The notes under the pieces: generated by a model | Told to the model about the DNA's origin: nothing | Databases searched by the model: none | The model's input: only the letters and a program-made list of their open reading frames with translations | NCBI GenBank assembly: GCA_052389415.1 | Contig: JBQTHX010000014.1 | Location: forward strand, 1-64,000 | Direction of reading: 5' to 3' | Length of the DNA stretch: 64,000 nucleotides | DNA from: Nitrosopumilaceae archaeon | Lineage (GTDB): Archaea > Thermoproteota > Nitrososphaeria > Nitrososphaerales > Nitrosopumilaceae | Shown here: positions 1-11,203 of the stretch, in pieces | Position numbering within the stretch: position 1 is the first letter of the stretch | Layout of the letters: each line of letters opens with the position of its first letter | Program-made: the position numbers and the translations under genes

Positions 1-699
1 GAATTTGCAAAGGCAAAAAAGATTTCAAAATTGCGAGTAATCGGCGCAGGAGCAACATCAAACATAATTTTTTCTTTTATAATAGCTGGACTTCTTATCT
101 TTAATCCATCCTTTGCATTACTAACACCAGAACCTATCAGGGGAATATTGTATGATGAACCGTTAGGAGTCCCCATTATTTCTGTGACAGAGGGAACTGG
201 CGCTGCTGCAGCAGGTTTGCTTAAAGATGATATCATCACCGCAATAAATGATTTCCCTGTTGTTCAACCACAGGATTTTTCGAAGATAACGCTGGTACCT
301 GGGGAAACAGCTATGGTTACAATAAAAAGGGATGACCAGACTTTGCAAATTCCTGTTGTGACTCAAGCATCACCGGATGATCCAAAAAGAGGTTTGCTTG
401 GAATTACAAGAGCTGCGTTTCCATCATATCAACCTGTAGTTCCTTATTACATCCCATGGAGTCCAGAAGTTTTTACGTTTCTACTTTGGCTTTGGATGCT
501 TTCCTTTTTCATAGGCATATTCAATATGCTTCCTCTTCCCATCCTAGATGGTGGCAAATTCATTCACAGTATAATCGAAAAAACAGTATCAGATAAAATA
601 ATAAAAAGTGTCATGTGGTCACTTTACGGTTTTACATTTGTTTTATTTGCTCTTAACATCGGATTTTCGGTAGCAAAGTCTGGGTTCATTACTATCTAA
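1..699 (+). CDS. Site-2 protease (M50 family) with PDZ domain, 5'-partial
   Basis: Frame open from base 1; GAGATSN motif, PDZ-like segment (AAAAGLLKDDIITAIN), NMLPLPILDGG motif, hydrophobic helices. Confidence 0.9.
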   Translation, partial: EFAKAKKISKLRVIGAGATSNIIFSFIIAGLLIFNPSFALLTPEPIRGILYDEPLGVPIISVTEGTGAAAAGLLKDDIITAINDFPVVQPQDFSKITLVPGETAMVTIKRDDQTLQIPVVTQASPDDPKRGLLGITRAAFPSYQPVVPYYIPWSPEVFTFLLWLWMLSFFIGIFNMLPLPILDGGKFIHSIIEKTVSDKIIKSVMWSLYGFTFVLFALNIGFSVAKSGFITI

Positions 700-757
700 T
701 CATTTTAGTTTCCTAAAAACTCCATATGGTTAAATTTGGGCACAAAAAACTTCTTTT

Positions 758-1669
758 ATGAACTGTAATAGATGTAAAAATGGGGCAGTATTTTTTAGGA
801 AATATTCTGGAGAAGGTCTTTGTTCATCTTGTTTTTCTGATTCTATTGTAAGAAAGACAGAAAAAACAATATTAAAACACAATATGGTTCAAGAAAACGA
901 CATAGTTGGAGTAGCTGTTTCAGGTGGCAAGGATTCATTATCACTTTTACATGTATTAAAAAAATTATCTGAATCTCGTAATTTTAGGATAATAGCGATA
1001 ACAGTGGACGAGGGAATCCCTAACTATCGCGATGAAGCATTAGAAATTGTAAGAAATTTCTGTAATAATCTTGGAGTAGAATATAGATCATATGCCTACA
1101 AAGAACTCTTTGATTTAACATTAGACGAATCACTCAATTTAAGAGAAAATGAAAAAATCACATCATGCTCAATCTGTGGCATATTACGCAGACGCGCTAT
1201 AGATTTTGGTGCTAGTGATTTAGATGTTGATGTCATTGCTACAGGTCACAATTTAGACGACGTCCTTCAGACTTTTGTTATAAATGTACTATCTGGAGAT
1301 ACAAATAGGATAGGGTGGATGGAACCAATCAAACCAAATGAAATTAGAAAAATTAAACCATTTTGTGAGATTTACGAAAATGAAATTGCGTTTTATGCTT
1401 TTACAAACGAACTTCCCTTCCAATCAGAGCAATGCCCTCACATGAATGAGGGAATACGAACAGAAATACGAGAGTTTCTTAATTCTTTAGAGAACCGCCA
1501 CAATGGAATAAAAAACAATATGTATAGTTCCATAATGAGACTCGCTCAAACTGTAAAGAATTCAAACTATAAACAATGGAGAACTTGTCAAAAATGCGGC
1601 AATCAGTGTACAGGTGATGTATGCTCTGTTTGTACCATACTTGTAAAATTAAAACAAGAACAATCCTAA
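758..1669 (+). CDS. tRNA 2-thiolation protein, NcsA/Ctu1/TtuA family (TIGR00269-like)
   Basis: PP-loop SGGKDS, CSIC, GHNLDD, N- and C-terminal CxxC zinc fingers. Confidence 0.88.
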   Translation: MNCNRCKNGAVFFRKYSGEGLCSSCFSDSIVRKTEKTILKHNMVQENDIVGVAVSGGKDSLSLLHVLKKLSESRNFRIIAITVDEGIPNYRDEALEIVRNFCNNLGVEYRSYAYKELFDLTLDESLNLRENEKITSCSICGILRRRAIDFGASDLDVDVIATGHNLDDVLQTFVINVLSGDTNRIGWMEPIKPNEIRKIKPFCEIYENEIAFYAFTNELPFQSEQCPHMNEGIRTEIREFLNSLENRHNGIKNNMYSSIMRLAQTVKNSNYKQWRTCQKCGNQCTGDVCSVCTILVKLKQEQS

Positions 1670-1701
1670 TGCAAATATAAGATTGTGTTGCACGTCATAT
1701 T

Positions 1702-2019
1702 GGTAGTAGGTAGGATCGGGGCGCTAGCCGTGCCCTATATCTGAAACCGGCTATATGCAGAGATCAGTAACTGCTGGGTAAATCTCTAGATGGATAGTAC
1801 CTGCTTGACTTGCGGAAATGAAATCACGCCGAAGCGGGTGGATGCAGGACTGAAGCTGTCCGAAGGGATAGTCTTCAAGACCTAACTGCTGAAATGGATG
1901 AGGTCCGGGAGGGAGCAATCCTAAGGTGGAGCATTCACGCTGCGTCGTCTACGTGGCGGATCTTGCTTGACTTGAGATGGGGCTATTTGTTTAGCTTGGA
2001 ACTAGTAGAGCTACTACTA
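1702..2019 (+). ncRNA. ffs: Archaeal signal recognition particle (7S) RNA
   Basis: GC-rich intergenic ~320 nt; terminal helix ggtagtag/ctactact; Alu loop-loop complementarity TAGCCG/CGGCTA; helix 6 gctgtcc-GAAG-ggatagt (~1855-1872); helix 8 ggatgAGGTCC-GGGA-GGGAGCAatcc (~1896-1921); AT-rich TATA-like box near 1674-1680. Confidence 0.92.
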
Positions 2020-2045
2020 AATATTTGCAATTAAATGTTAACAAT

Positions 2046-2378
2046 ATGGCAGATCTGATTTTTTCTGGAAAGGGAAGAACTTATGATGATTTCAAAAAAC
2101 AAATTACGCCATCTTTAACACCACTTTGTGATTTACTAAGAGATTATTGTCTATCATTAGGAAAAAATGTAATTGAAGACATACGCATGCATAGAATAGT
2201 ATTTTGCAAATCTATTATTTTTAGAGTATTTGCTGATATTGAACCAATGAAAGAGATGATTTTAATAAAAATTAGGAGTGATAGAAACGAACCTCAAAAA
2301 GAGGCAGTAATAAAGCCGATTCAGGATCTTAGTGAAATAAAAAATCTTCTCTTAGAAGCCTATAATAATATACGTTAA
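2046..2378 (+). CDS. Hypothetical protein, DUF5655-like
   Basis: ORF from ATG 2046; pattern LRDYCLSLG..V.E.....I.F.....F..I resembles DUF5655/YjbR-like domains. Confidence 0.55.
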   Translation: MADLIFSGKGRTYDDFKKQITPSLTPLCDLLRDYCLSLGKNVIEDIRMHRIVFCKSIIFRVFADIEPMKEMILIKIRSDRNEPQKEAVIKPIQDLSEIKNLLLEAYNNIR

Positions 2379-2653
2379 TACAAAATTTCGAATTTTGAAA
2401 ATTCCCCTTTGTATTTTTCATTTATTATTTTTAAATCTTCTACAACTGCATTAGTGGGTCCTCTATGACTCCATTCTACTACCTCATTTACATCAACATC
2501 TCTTCCTTCCAGCATGGCCTCAACTCTTCCATCTTTGAGATTTCGTACCCAACCTGTAACATTTTTTTTTTCTGCCATAGTCTTTGTAGATTGTCTAAAA
2601 AAAACTCCTTGAACTTTACCTTTCACAAAAATATGCACCCGTTGATTTACCAT
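2375..2653 (-). CDS. acyP: Acylphosphatase
   Basis: GKVQGVFFR and GWVRNLKDGRVEA signatures. Confidence 0.95.
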   Translation of the reverse strand: MVNQRVHIFVKGKVQGVFFRQSTKTMAEKKNVTGWVRNLKDGRVEAMLEGRDVDVNEVVEWSHRGPTNAVVEDLKIINEKYKGEFSKFEILY

Positions 2654-2699
2654 GCGGAGATTCTATTTTCAGGACTAATTATCCTTGAGTGTAAAAATA

Positions 2700-3446
2700 T
2701 TAAGATGAACTGCTGTCTTGTCTTTCTTTGATTCTTGCACGTCCAGTCTTTCTTGCAGCTATACTACCCACTTTTCTTCCTGGTGGTGCATTTCTTGATA
2801 CTGTCGAACTTCTTCCTACATGTTGGTGTCTACCACCTCCATGTGGATGCACATACACTGCTTGTGCGACACCTCTGACTATAGGATATTTTTGTCCTTT
2901 AGAACGTTTTCTACGCCAAGCGTTACCTGCTCGCATAAATGGTCTATCTCCTGAACCGCCGCCTGCAAGGATCCCAATCATTGCCCTATTCTGTGGATTT
3001 AATGTGGTAAATTTTCCTGATGGTAGCTTTATTGTAACGCCATCAGAACTGTGTGAAAAAACTGTAGCGGATGTACCGGCGGATTTTACAATTGTTCCGC
3101 CATCGCCAAAGTGTTTTTCAATATTACTAACAATAGTTCCATCAGGAATATTTTGAATACTGATCACATTACCTGGAGAAATTCCAGATTTCAATCCAAA
3201 CTGGATTTTTGAACCTATTTTTGTGCCAAGAATTGCAGGAACATATGAAGATGAGCCATCATCAAATCGGATTTTGGCAAGAGGAGCATCACGGCCTCGT
3301 TCATGAACCAGATCTATGACTTGTCCCTCCCGTTGTTCTGAAAGTCCAAATCTTGGGTATTTTGCTGGTAATAACTTACCAGTAGTTGCTGCACGAAATT
3401 GCATTCCACCCCGACCACGTCTTCTAACGAGAGTTCTTTTACCCAA
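2700..3446 (-). CDS. rpl2: 50S ribosomal protein L2
   Basis: RRRGRGG N-terminus, PIVRGVAQ..HPHGGG, PPGRKVG; likely TTG start at 3446. Confidence 0.97.
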   Translation of the reverse strand: MGKRTLVRRRGRGGMQFRAATTGKLLPAKYPRFGLSEQREGQVIDLVHERGRDAPLAKIRFDDGSSSYVPAILGTKIGSKIQFGLKSGISPGNVISIQNIPDGTIVSNIEKHFGDGGTIVKSAGTSATVFSHSSDGVTIKLPSGKFTTLNPQNRAMIGILAGGGSGDRPFMRAGNAWRRKRSKGQKYPIVRGVAQAVYVHPHGGGRHQHVGRSSTVSRNAPPGRKVGSIAARKTGRARIKERQDSSSS

Positions 3447-3550
3447 TTTCGAAAGTTTTGCTCTCACTTGCAGATTTTAAGCTTTGGATCTTGTATGTAA
3501 TGAACAAAAGACGACAAAGGTATAAAAATTAGTTTAGGGCTGTTTAATTT

Positions 3551-5752
3551 GTGAGTCAGAATGCACTTTCCCTTAAAGTACTCGAGGCATATACTCGTGA
3601 CGTTGGTAGGGGAGTAGCTAGAATCGATTATGATTCAATGGATTCACTAAGTGCTTCAACTGGTGATGTTATTGAGATCAAAGGTAAGCGAAGAACTGTT
3701 GCAAAGTGTTTACCACTTTATCCTTCAGATGAGGGTAAGGGGATAATCAGAGTAGATGGACTTGTAAGAAATAATGCCGGAATAGCAATAGGTGATACTG
3801 TAGCAGTTAGAAAAATAAAGGCAGTAGCTGCTGAAAAAGTAGTTGTTGCTCCTTTAGAAGCTATTCCTCCAATTGACGAAAGATATCTTGCTGATGCGTT
3901 AGAAAGTGTTCCATTGATTAAAGGAGATAATGTGATGGTACCATATTTTGGTGGAAGATTAACTTTTCAGGTAATAGGAGTAACACCAGCGGCAGATGCC
4001 GTGCTTGTAACTCAAAAAACGGTATTTCACATTGCAGAAAAAGGTGAAACTCTGCGTGGTGTTCCGCAAGTCACTTATGAAGACATTGGTGGGTTGACGG
4101 ATGAAATAAAAAAAGTCAGAGAGATGATTGAACTTCCTTTAAGACACCCAGAAATTTTTGAAAAATTGGGAATCGAAGCTCCAAAAGGAGTATTGCTTTA
4201 TGGTCCCCCTGGAACTGGCAAAACTTTACTAGCAAAAGCAGTTGCAAATGAAAGCAATGCTCATTTTATCAGTATTTCTGGTCCTGAGATAATGAGCAAG
4301 TTCTATGGAGAAAGTGAAGCAAGATTGCGTGAGATTTTTAAAGAAGCAAAAGAGAAATCGCCTTCCATAATTTTCATTGATGAAATTGATTCCATCGCTC
4401 CAAAAAGAGAAGAAGTGACAGGAGAAGTTGAGAGAAGAGTTGTTTCTCAATTACTTTCTTTGATGGATGGTTTGGAAGCTAGAGGCAAAGTGATTGTGAT
4501 ATCTGCAACAAATAGACCAAATGCTATTGATCCTGCTCTCAGACGACCAGGAAGATTTGATAGAGAAATTGAGATAAAAGTGCCTGATAAGAAAGGAAGA
4601 AAAGACATTCTTATGATACATACAAGAAACATGCCTTTAAGCGATGATGTAAATTTGGAGAAAATCGCAGGAATTAGTCATGGTTATGTTGGCGCAGACT
4701 TGGAGTATCTTTGCAAAGAGGCTGCAATGAAATGTTTGAGGAGACTCTTACCTGAACTTAATCTTGAAGACGAGAAGCTTCCTCCAGAAACTCTTGACAA
4801 ACTAATTGTGAATGGAGATGACTATCAGAATGCGTTAAGAGAAGTAACACCATCTGGAATGCGAGAAGTTTTCATAGAAAATCCAGATGTAAAGTGGGAT
4901 GAAGTGGGCGGATTAGAAAATGTCAAGCGAGAGCTTCAAGAAGCAGTGGAATGGCCAATGAAATATCCTACGTTGTATTCGAAGTTAGGTCATAGGATGC
5001 CGAGAGGAATTCTGCTCCATGGACCAAGTGGTACTGGAAAGACTCTGTTAGCAAAAGCTGTAGCTACTGAAAGTGAAGCTAACTTTATTTCTGTAAGAGG
5101 TCCTGAATTGCTTTCAAAATGGGTAGGAGAATCAGAACGGGGTATTAGGGAAATATTCAGAAGAGCAAGACAAGCTTCTCCATGTGTGATTTTCTTTGAT
5201 GAGATCGATTCGATAGCTCCTATAAGAGGAGTTGGCGGAGAAACGGCAGTAACTGAAAGAGTCGTAAGTCAACTGTTGACTGAACTTGACGGTATTGAGA
5301 GTTTACATGGTGTAGTAGTACTTGCAGCAACCAATAGAGCAGATATGATTGATACAGCACTTCTCAGACCTGGTCGATTTGATAAGATAATACTCGTACC
5401 AATGCCAGATAAAGAAGGTAGGAAGAAGATTCTCGAGATTAGCACAAAAGAGATTCCTATAGACAAAGAACCCAAAAATGAGGCTGGTAAAAACCCTGAT
5501 TATGTAGATATAGAAAAAATAGCAGAAACAACTGATGGTCTAAGCGGAGCAGATGTTGCATCAATTGCAAATACTGCAGTTTCCCTTGTAATACACGAAT
5601 TTCTTGACAAATATCCAGACCAGAAAGAATCTGAAAAACAAGCAGCTACTGCAAAGGTAACCATGAGGCATTTTGAGGAAGCCGTAAGAAAAGTCAGAAC
5701 TCAGAAAGAACTCAAGATAGGCGAGAAGGTAGCAGTTCCTTACTACAGGTAA
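3551..5752 (+). CDS. cdc48: CDC48/VCP-family AAA+ ATPase
   Basis: N-domain ([10 protein letters not shown]), two AAA modules with GPPGTGKT and GPSGTGKT, Walker B and RPGRFD motifs. Confidence 0.97.
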   Translation: MSQNALSLKVLEAYTRDVGRGVARIDYDSMDSLSASTGDVIEIKGKRRTVAKCLPLYPSDEGKGIIRVDGLVRNNAGIAIGDTVAVRKIKAVAAEKVVVAPLEAIPPIDERYLADALESVPLIKGDNVMVPYFGGRLTFQVIGVTPAADAVLVTQKTVFHIAEKGETLRGVPQVTYEDIGGLTDEIKKVREMIELPLRHPEIFEKLGIEAPKGVLLYGPPGTGKTLLAKAVANESNAHFISISGPEIMSKFYGESEARLREIFKEAKEKSPSIIFIDEIDSIAPKREEVTGEVERRVVSQLLSLMDGLEARGKVIVISATNRPNAIDPALRRPGRFDREIEIKVPDKKGRKDILMIHTRNMPLSDDVNLEKIAGISHGYVGADLEYLCKEAAMKCLRRLLPELNLEDEKLPPETLDKLIVNGDDYQNALREVTPSGMREVFIENPDVKWDEVGGLENVKRELQEAVEWPMKYPTLYSKLGHRMPRGILLHGPSGTGKTLLAKAVATESEANFISVRGPELLSKWVGESERGIREIFRRARQASPCVIFFDEIDSIAPIRGVGGETAVTERVVSQLLTELDGIESLHGVVVLAATNRADMIDTALLRPGRFDKIILVPMPDKEGRKKILEISTKEIPIDKEPKNEAGKNPDYVDIEKIAETTDGLSGADVASIANTAVSLVIHEFLDKYPDQKESEKQAATAKVTMRHFEEAVRKVRTQKELKIGEKVAVPYYR

Positions 5753-5784
5753 TTTTAATTAAATAACCGTTCTATTTCAATCAA

Positions 5785-7071
5785 ATGTCTAGTGATGGAT
5801 ATAAAGGAAAATCACTTTCCTTTTTGCAAAAAAATAATCTGCATGTTGGAGACAATGTCAGAATTCTTACTGATACAGAATATTCAGGTATGATTATGCC
5901 CCGCTATGAATATAGTGATGACAGCCACATAGTCCTGAAGCTTAAAAGTGGATACAATGTAGGTCTTGAGCTAAACAAAATAAAAAAAATAGAAATGGAA
6001 CATAGTAAAGAGTTAAAAAAAGATATAGTGCAGCAACCACCAATAAATCCAAATTTACCAAAATTATTACTTATTTCTACAGGAGGCACTATTGCAAGTA
6101 AAGTGGACTATAGAACTGGCGGAGTCACACCTGCTCTTACTGCATCTGAACTAAATGCATCTGTACCAGAACTTGCAGATATAGCTAACATTGATACCGA
6201 GGTCCTATTTTCAGAATATTCAGAAAATCTCCTTCCTGAACACTGGAAAAAAATTGCTGAAAAAATTAACAGCTGTTTAAATTCAGAATATAAAGGAATC
6301 ATCGTAGCCCATGGAACGGACACAATGCAATATACTTCATCAGCACTTTCTTTTGCCTTAGCAAATATTCCAATTCCTGTAGCACTAGTAGGTTCACAAA
6401 GATCTTCCGATAGACCGTCCTCAGATGCAGCACTAAATCTCATTTCAGCTACAAAATTTCTTATTCATTGCAACACCACAGGAATTTACGTAGTAATGCA
6501 TAACACTACTAGTGATGATGAAGTAGCGTGTCATTGGGGGACTCGTGTACGAAAAAATCACACAAGTAAACGCAATGCTTTTCAAACAATTGGAGATTCA
6601 CCTGCATTTCTAATAAAAAATGATGAAATAACTAAAAATCAAAACTTTGATTATTTAAGAAAAAGAGAATACGTACCAAGGATAAATTTTGATACACGTG
6701 TAGCCTTGGTGAAATATTATCCAGGATTAGAAGCAAGTATGATTAACTACATTATAGATTCCGGATACAAAGCTATCATATTTGAAGGAACTGGTCTTGG
6801 TCACATCGGAAAATCAATGTATGAAAGTGTGGATAAAGCAAAAAAAAGAGGACTTTTCCTTGGCATGACATCTCAATGCATTGATGGAAGAGTAAGTATG
6901 ACAGTTTATGAAAGTGGAAGAGATCTTCTCAATCTTGGAATAATTCCGCTTAATAACATGATACCAGAAACAGCACTTGTGAAAGCAATGTGGGCGCTTG
7001 GAAATTCAAAGAATATTCAGGAAATGGAAGTACTAATGAAAGAAAAAATCGCTTTAGAATTTTCAGACTAA
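5785..7071 (+). CDS. gatD: Glu-tRNA(Gln) amidotransferase subunit D
   Basis: KLKSGYNVG N-domain, asparaginase motifs TGGTIAS, HGTDTM, GSQRSSDRPSSD. Confidence 0.96.
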   Translation: MSSDGYKGKSLSFLQKNNLHVGDNVRILTDTEYSGMIMPRYEYSDDSHIVLKLKSGYNVGLELNKIKKIEMEHSKELKKDIVQQPPINPNLPKLLLISTGGTIASKVDYRTGGVTPALTASELNASVPELADIANIDTEVLFSEYSENLLPEHWKKIAEKINSCLNSEYKGIIVAHGTDTMQYTSSALSFALANIPIPVALVGSQRSSDRPSSDAALNLISATKFLIHCNTTGIYVVMHNTTSDDEVACHWGTRVRKNHTSKRNAFQTIGDSPAFLIKNDEITKNQNFDYLRKREYVPRINFDTRVALVKYYPGLEASMINYIIDSGYKAIIFEGTGLGHIGKSMYESVDKAKKRGLFLGMTSQCIDGRVSMTVYESGRDLLNLGIIPLNNMIPETALVKAMWALGNSKNIQEMEVLMKEKIALEFSD

Positions 7072-7102
7072 GCTTAAAAGTATGGCAATCGATAAATGAG
7101 GA

Positions 7103-8998
7103 ATGTCGGAGTTTCAAATAGACAAAATTGGATTAAAAGTAGGATTAGAGATACACCAACAACTGGCCGCTAAAAAGAAATTATTTTGTGATTGCGATGC
7201 AATAGAATCGGAAGATTATCCAATACAGTTTTCTCGCAAATTGAGAGTATCAAAAAGTGAGTTAGGAGAATATGATCCTACCTCAATATTTGAGAGAAGT
7301 AAATCAAAAATATTTGTTTACCATGCTAATCCTCAAAGCAGTTGTCTTGTAGAACAAGATGAAGAGCCTCCACATGCAGTAAATGAGATTGCAAAAAAAA
7401 TTGTTCTTATAATTGCATCTGCTTTGAACTCAACTGTTTTTAATGAGATCCACGTAATGAGAAAAATTGTAATAGATGGTTCCAATACATCAGGATTTCA
7501 AAGAACAATGCTTGTCTCTCAAGGGGGATTTCTCGAAGTGGATGGCAAAAGAATTGGGGTTCAAAGTATAAGTCTGGAAGAAGATGCGGCCAAGATTCTC
7601 AGTGAAACCGAGAATATAAAAAATTACGCGTTAGATAGACTTGGGGCCCCACTAGTTGAGATTGCCTTGGAACCTGTTTCTGTAAAACCGGAAGAAGTTA
7701 AGAAAATAGCACTCACTCTCGGGAGACTTTTACGTGCTACCAAAAAAGTAAAACGTGGTTTAGGGACGATCAGACAAGATGTCAATGTTTCTGTTCAGGG
7801 AGGTAACGTAATTGAGGTAAAGGGAGTTCAAAAACTTGATCAGCTTGAAAAGGTCATAGAATATGAAGCGAAAAGACAGCATGGATTACTCCTAATAACT
7901 TCAAAATTAAAGAATTTGGCCCTAGAAAGAATTGCTAAAGAAAGGGATGTGAAAAATGTTACAGAAATTTTCACGAATTGTAAATCAAAAGTGATTCAGA
8001 AAGCATTGAAAGACGGAAATATTGTTAAAGCAATCAAAATAAAAAATTTTTCAGGTATTCTAGGTTTTGAACCATACAAAGGCATACGGTTAGGAAAACA
8101 AATAGGAGAGATGGTTAGATTTTTCGGATTAGGAGGCGTATTTCATTCTGACGAACTTCCAAATTATGGTATAGAAGGAGCTCAAATTAATGAAATCAGA
8201 AAAAAAATGGAAGTTGAACAAAATGATGCTTTTATAATCTTAGCTGGGGAAATAAAAAAGGTAGAATCTGCAGTTGAATCTATCATTAAGAGAATAGAAG
8301 ATGCTAAGATCGGTGTACCTGCAGAAACAAGAATGGCCACCACAGAAGGTGAAACAATATTTCTTAGGCCCAGACCAGGAGCATCACGAATGTATCCAGA
8401 GACGGATATTCCATCAATTACCATAACTGATGCAGAATTAATCGAAGCGCAAAAGATGATACCGAAATCTTGGGATGAAACAATATCAGAAGTAACAAAG
8501 AGATATGAGCTAAATTCACAACTTGCTTTGCAGATATTTGATTCTAATTTTTATGATTTGTTTGAAATAATTTGTCAGGATAAAAGAATCTCTCCTAACT
8601 TTGTTGCGTCCGTTCTGTGTAGTACTATAACAAATCTTGAAAGACAGGGATTAGATGTTAAATTATTAAAATCAGATGAGATTTTGAGAATATTTAACTA
8701 CCTCGCAAATGGTGAAATTGCCAAAGAATCGATAGAGATGATTTTCTCGAACATAATGTCTGGAACAAATCTCACTGTTGAAGAGATTATCAATTTATCC
8801 ATGAAAAAGATGGACTTTACCGAACTAGAAAGAATTCTAGAGGATATCATAAATGCAAATGTAAAAATGGTTCTTGAACAGCGAGAACGATCTATTGGTC
8901 CCTTGATGGGAATCGCAATGAAAACTATGCGTGGGAAAGCAGACGGTCAACAAATAAACAAAATTTTAGAAAAAAAGATAAAAGAAAAATTAAATTAA
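7103..8998 (+). CDS. gatE: Glu-tRNA(Gln) amidotransferase subunit E
   Basis: GLEIHQQL, IDGSNTSGFQRT, RGLGTIRQDVN, HSDELP, RPRPGASRMYPETD; adjacent to gatD. Confidence 0.97.
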   Translation: MSEFQIDKIGLKVGLEIHQQLAAKKKLFCDCDAIESEDYPIQFSRKLRVSKSELGEYDPTSIFERSKSKIFVYHANPQSSCLVEQDEEPPHAVNEIAKKIVLIIASALNSTVFNEIHVMRKIVIDGSNTSGFQRTMLVSQGGFLEVDGKRIGVQSISLEEDAAKILSETENIKNYALDRLGAPLVEIALEPVSVKPEEVKKIALTLGRLLRATKKVKRGLGTIRQDVNVSVQGGNVIEVKGVQKLDQLEKVIEYEAKRQHGLLLITSKLKNLALERIAKERDVKNVTEIFTNCKSKVIQKALKDGNIVKAIKIKNFSGILGFEPYKGIRLGKQIGEMVRFFGLGGVFHSDELPNYGIEGAQINEIRKKMEVEQNDAFIILAGEIKKVESAVESIIKRIEDAKIGVPAETRMATTEGETIFLRPRPGASRMYPETDIPSITITDAELIEAQKMIPKSWDETISEVTKRYELNSQLALQIFDSNFYDLFEIICQDKRISPNFVASVLCSTITNLERQGLDVKLLKSDEILRIFNYLANGEIAKESIEMIFSNIMSGTNLTVEEIINLSMKKMDFTELERILEDIINANVKMVLEQRERSIGPLMGIAMKTMRGKADGQQINKILEKKIKEKLN

Positions 8999-9086
8999 AA
9001 TTTAATATTTCTCAAAAAAATAATGTCAGCTTGTAAAGCCCAGACACATAGATTTGGTCTCTATTTTTGACTTATCAAGCAGCCAA

Positions 9087-9350
9087 TTATTCGATTTTGC
9101 GTTTTCCTGTACCTCTGCCAGTAGTGACAGTAAATCCTTTAGTGGAAGTTTTTTCTGGTGCTTTTGGATATTCCCCAGCTTTAACACTTCCTGTTCCACG
9201 TCCCATGGTAATCTTCGTGTCCTTACCTAATCCTTCCATTCTTTTTTTCTGATATTCACGATAAGAATCACCTGACCAGTTCTGTGGTTTGTCTTCTTCT
9301 TCACGGATTGATGTACCTCTACCACTAGTTTTTTTGATTTTCACAGGCAT
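9087..9350 (-). CDS. Small basic, low-complexity hypothetical protein
   Basis: 87-aa ORF with ATG, upstream TTTAA-like box; K/G/T-rich with three GRGT repeats. Confidence 0.65.
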   Translation of the reverse strand: MPVKIKKTSGRGTSIREEEDKPQNWSGDSYREYQKKRMEGLGKDTKITMGRGTGSVKAGEYPKAPEKTSTKGFTVTTGRGTGKRKIE

Positions 9351-9409
9351 TCTACTCTCTACTATGGTTTAAGGTTTACCTAGATTATTTTCCAAAAAAA
9401 TTACAAAGA

Positions 9410-9494
9410 TGCGGGAGGTGGGATTTGAACCCACGAACTCCTAAGAGATAAGGTTCTGAGCCTTACACCGTTGACCAGGCTAGGCAACCCCCGC
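9410..9494 (-). tRNA. tRNA-Leu (anticodon CAG)
   Basis: Reverse complement folds as cloverleaf: GCGGGGG acceptor, TAAGG-CT-CAG-AA-CCTTA anticodon arm, long variable arm, GTGGG-TTCAAAT-CCCAC T arm. Confidence 0.96.
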
Positions 9495-9504
9495 AACGAA
9501 AAAA

Positions 9505-10068
9505 TTAGATTTCCTGAATAAGTGTCTTTATTATAGGAATTGCATCTTTTAATTGAGAGACTCTTTTTACTCTAGGATCATCAAATTTTTGATTCCATGG
9601 TTGAGTGTAAAGTATTACAGATTTTCCTTCATCAAGCATATTTTTTGCATTTATTGGAGAGTCATCAATAAAGATGTCATAGTCTAGTTTTGTTTTTTCT
9701 AAACCTTCTGATACTCCAATATAATTTTTGTATGCAATCTTTTGACTTGAAAGCCAGCTTTTAACATAAGTGTGAGTAGATTTTTCTCTTGCTGTAACAA
9801 TATCTACTTTACCTATTTTCGAGAGTTTAGATGTAACAGTAGAAAGATTTACTTCTGTAGATGGGATATTATGCCATGTTTGCCAACATAAAGAAAGTTC
9901 TTTGTAAAAATCATACTTGTCTATATTATAGAATTTCCAAAAATCCCATTCAGATATTTCTTCTTTTGTTATGGTTTTTCTTATTTTATTATTATAATCA
10001 AGCCAAGTATGAATAACATCTGCTAGTACACCGTCAACATCAAGACCTATTTTTAATTCATTGATCAA
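9505..10068 (-). CDS. HAD-family 5'(3')-deoxyribonucleotidase (NT5C-like)
   Basis: DVDGVLAD motif I, VTAR motif II, FIDDSP motif IV; overlaps dnaJ stop. Confidence 0.8.
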   Translation of the reverse strand: MINELKIGLDVDGVLADVIHTWLDYNNKIRKTITKEEISEWDFWKFYNIDKYDFYKELSLCWQTWHNIPSTEVNLSTVTSKLSKIGKVDIVTAREKSTHTYVKSWLSSQKIAYKNYIGVSEGLEKTKLDYDIFIDDSPINAKNMLDEGKSVILYTQPWNQKFDDPRVKRVSQLKDAIPIIKTLIQEI

Positions 10069-11156
10069 TTTTTATCAAAAGAATCGCGTAGTTCTTCTAA
10101 AATCTTTTTCTGGTTTTTATCAAGTTTGGTAGGAATATTTACTACAATTCTTAAATATAGATCTCCGCGTACTCTTCCGCCTACGTTTGGAACTCCTTTT
10201 CCCTTCAGTTTCATGATTGAATTTGGCTGTGTGCCTTGTTCTATTGTGATTTTTTCTGTTCCGTCCAAAGTAGGAATAGTTATTGTCTTGCCTAATGCGG
10301 AATCAATCATTGAAATATTTGCGTCATAAAATAGATCTTGACCATCTCTTTTGAATTTATCATGTGGTTTTACCTGAATTCTTACTATGAGATCTCCACT
10401 AGATCCATCGTCTATTGATTCGCCCTCCCCTCTTATTACATATTCACCATTATCTACACCAGGGGGAATATCAAATGAAAGATGTTTCTTACCTTTTACT
10501 TTACCTCTACCTTTACATTGATTACATGGTCTTTCAATTATTTTTCCTTGTCCTCTACAAGTATTACATGGATGAACTGTTACAAAGGTTGAAAATCCCA
10601 TATTTCGTGTAGTTCTCACTTGACCCTGACCGTGACAAACTGAACATGTTCGTTTTGATGTTCCTGGAGCAGCACCTAAACCTTTACAGTTTTCACATGT
10701 CACATCCTTTTGGATATCAATTTCTTCATGTTTACCCTTTAAAACATCTTCAAGTGTTATCATAGTATCATACACAAGATCTGCTCCACGTTCCCTTCCA
10801 AATCCACCGTATCCTCCTTTACCAAAGATAGATTCAAAAATTGACTCAAATCCTCCACCACCAAAACCTCCAAAAATATCGTCAAAATTAACCCGTGCCC
10901 CACGGAATATATCTTCAGGACTATATTTTCCGTCTACGCCAGCGTGGCCATATTGATCATATATCTTTCGCTTTTCATCATCGGATAAAACAGCATACGC
11001 TTCCGAAATTTCTTTAAAATGTTCTGTTGCATCAGATGATTTGTTTCTGTCTGGATGAAATTTCAGAGCTAATTTTCTGTATTGAGATTTTATTTCTGCA
11101 TGGGAAGCATTCTTTTGAATTCCAAGAACTTCATAATAGTCTCGTTTGGTACTCAT
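10065..11156 (-). CDS. dnaJ: Chaperone DnaJ
   Basis: J-domain with HPD, G/F region, four CxxCxGxG repeats. Confidence 0.97.
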   Translation of the reverse strand: MSTKRDYYEVLGIQKNASHAEIKSQYRKLALKFHPDRNKSSDATEHFKEISEAYAVLSDDEKRKIYDQYGHAGVDGKYSPEDIFRGARVNFDDIFGGFGGGGFESIFESIFGKGGYGGFGRERGADLVYDTMITLEDVLKGKHEEIDIQKDVTCENCKGLGAAPGTSKRTCSVCHGQGQVRTTRNMGFSTFVTVHPCNTCRGQGKIIERPCNQCKGRGKVKGKKHLSFDIPPGVDNGEYVIRGEGESIDDGSSGDLIVRIQVKPHDKFKRDGQDLFYDANISMIDSALGKTITIPTLDGTEKITIEQGTQPNSIMKLKGKGVPNVGGRVRGDLYLRIVVNIPTKLDKNQKKILEELRDSFDKN

Positions 11157-11203
11157 AGTTGTGCTATTCTCTTTGTAACAATGTAGTATAAACTGTCAAT
11201 TTG

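Noticed and set aside
1802-1974. 11-nt direct repeat TGCTTGACTTG (1802-1812, 1964-1974)
   Set aside because: Both copies lie inside SRP RNA helix 5; no sign of an insertion or target-site duplication
1702-2019. RNase P RNA as the identity of the GC-rich intergenic RNA
   Set aside because: No GAGGAAAGUCC/P4 motif on either strand; SRP helix 6, helix 8 and Alu features are present
9020-9075. Possible small structured RNA between gatE and the 87-aa gene
   Set aside because: Only short alternative 4-5 bp stems; compatible with a shared terminator region of convergent genes
9410-9494. tRNA-Leu, tRNA-Gln or tRNA-Gly as integration sites
   Set aside because: No duplicated tRNA 3' ends and no integrase in the window; flanking genes look core
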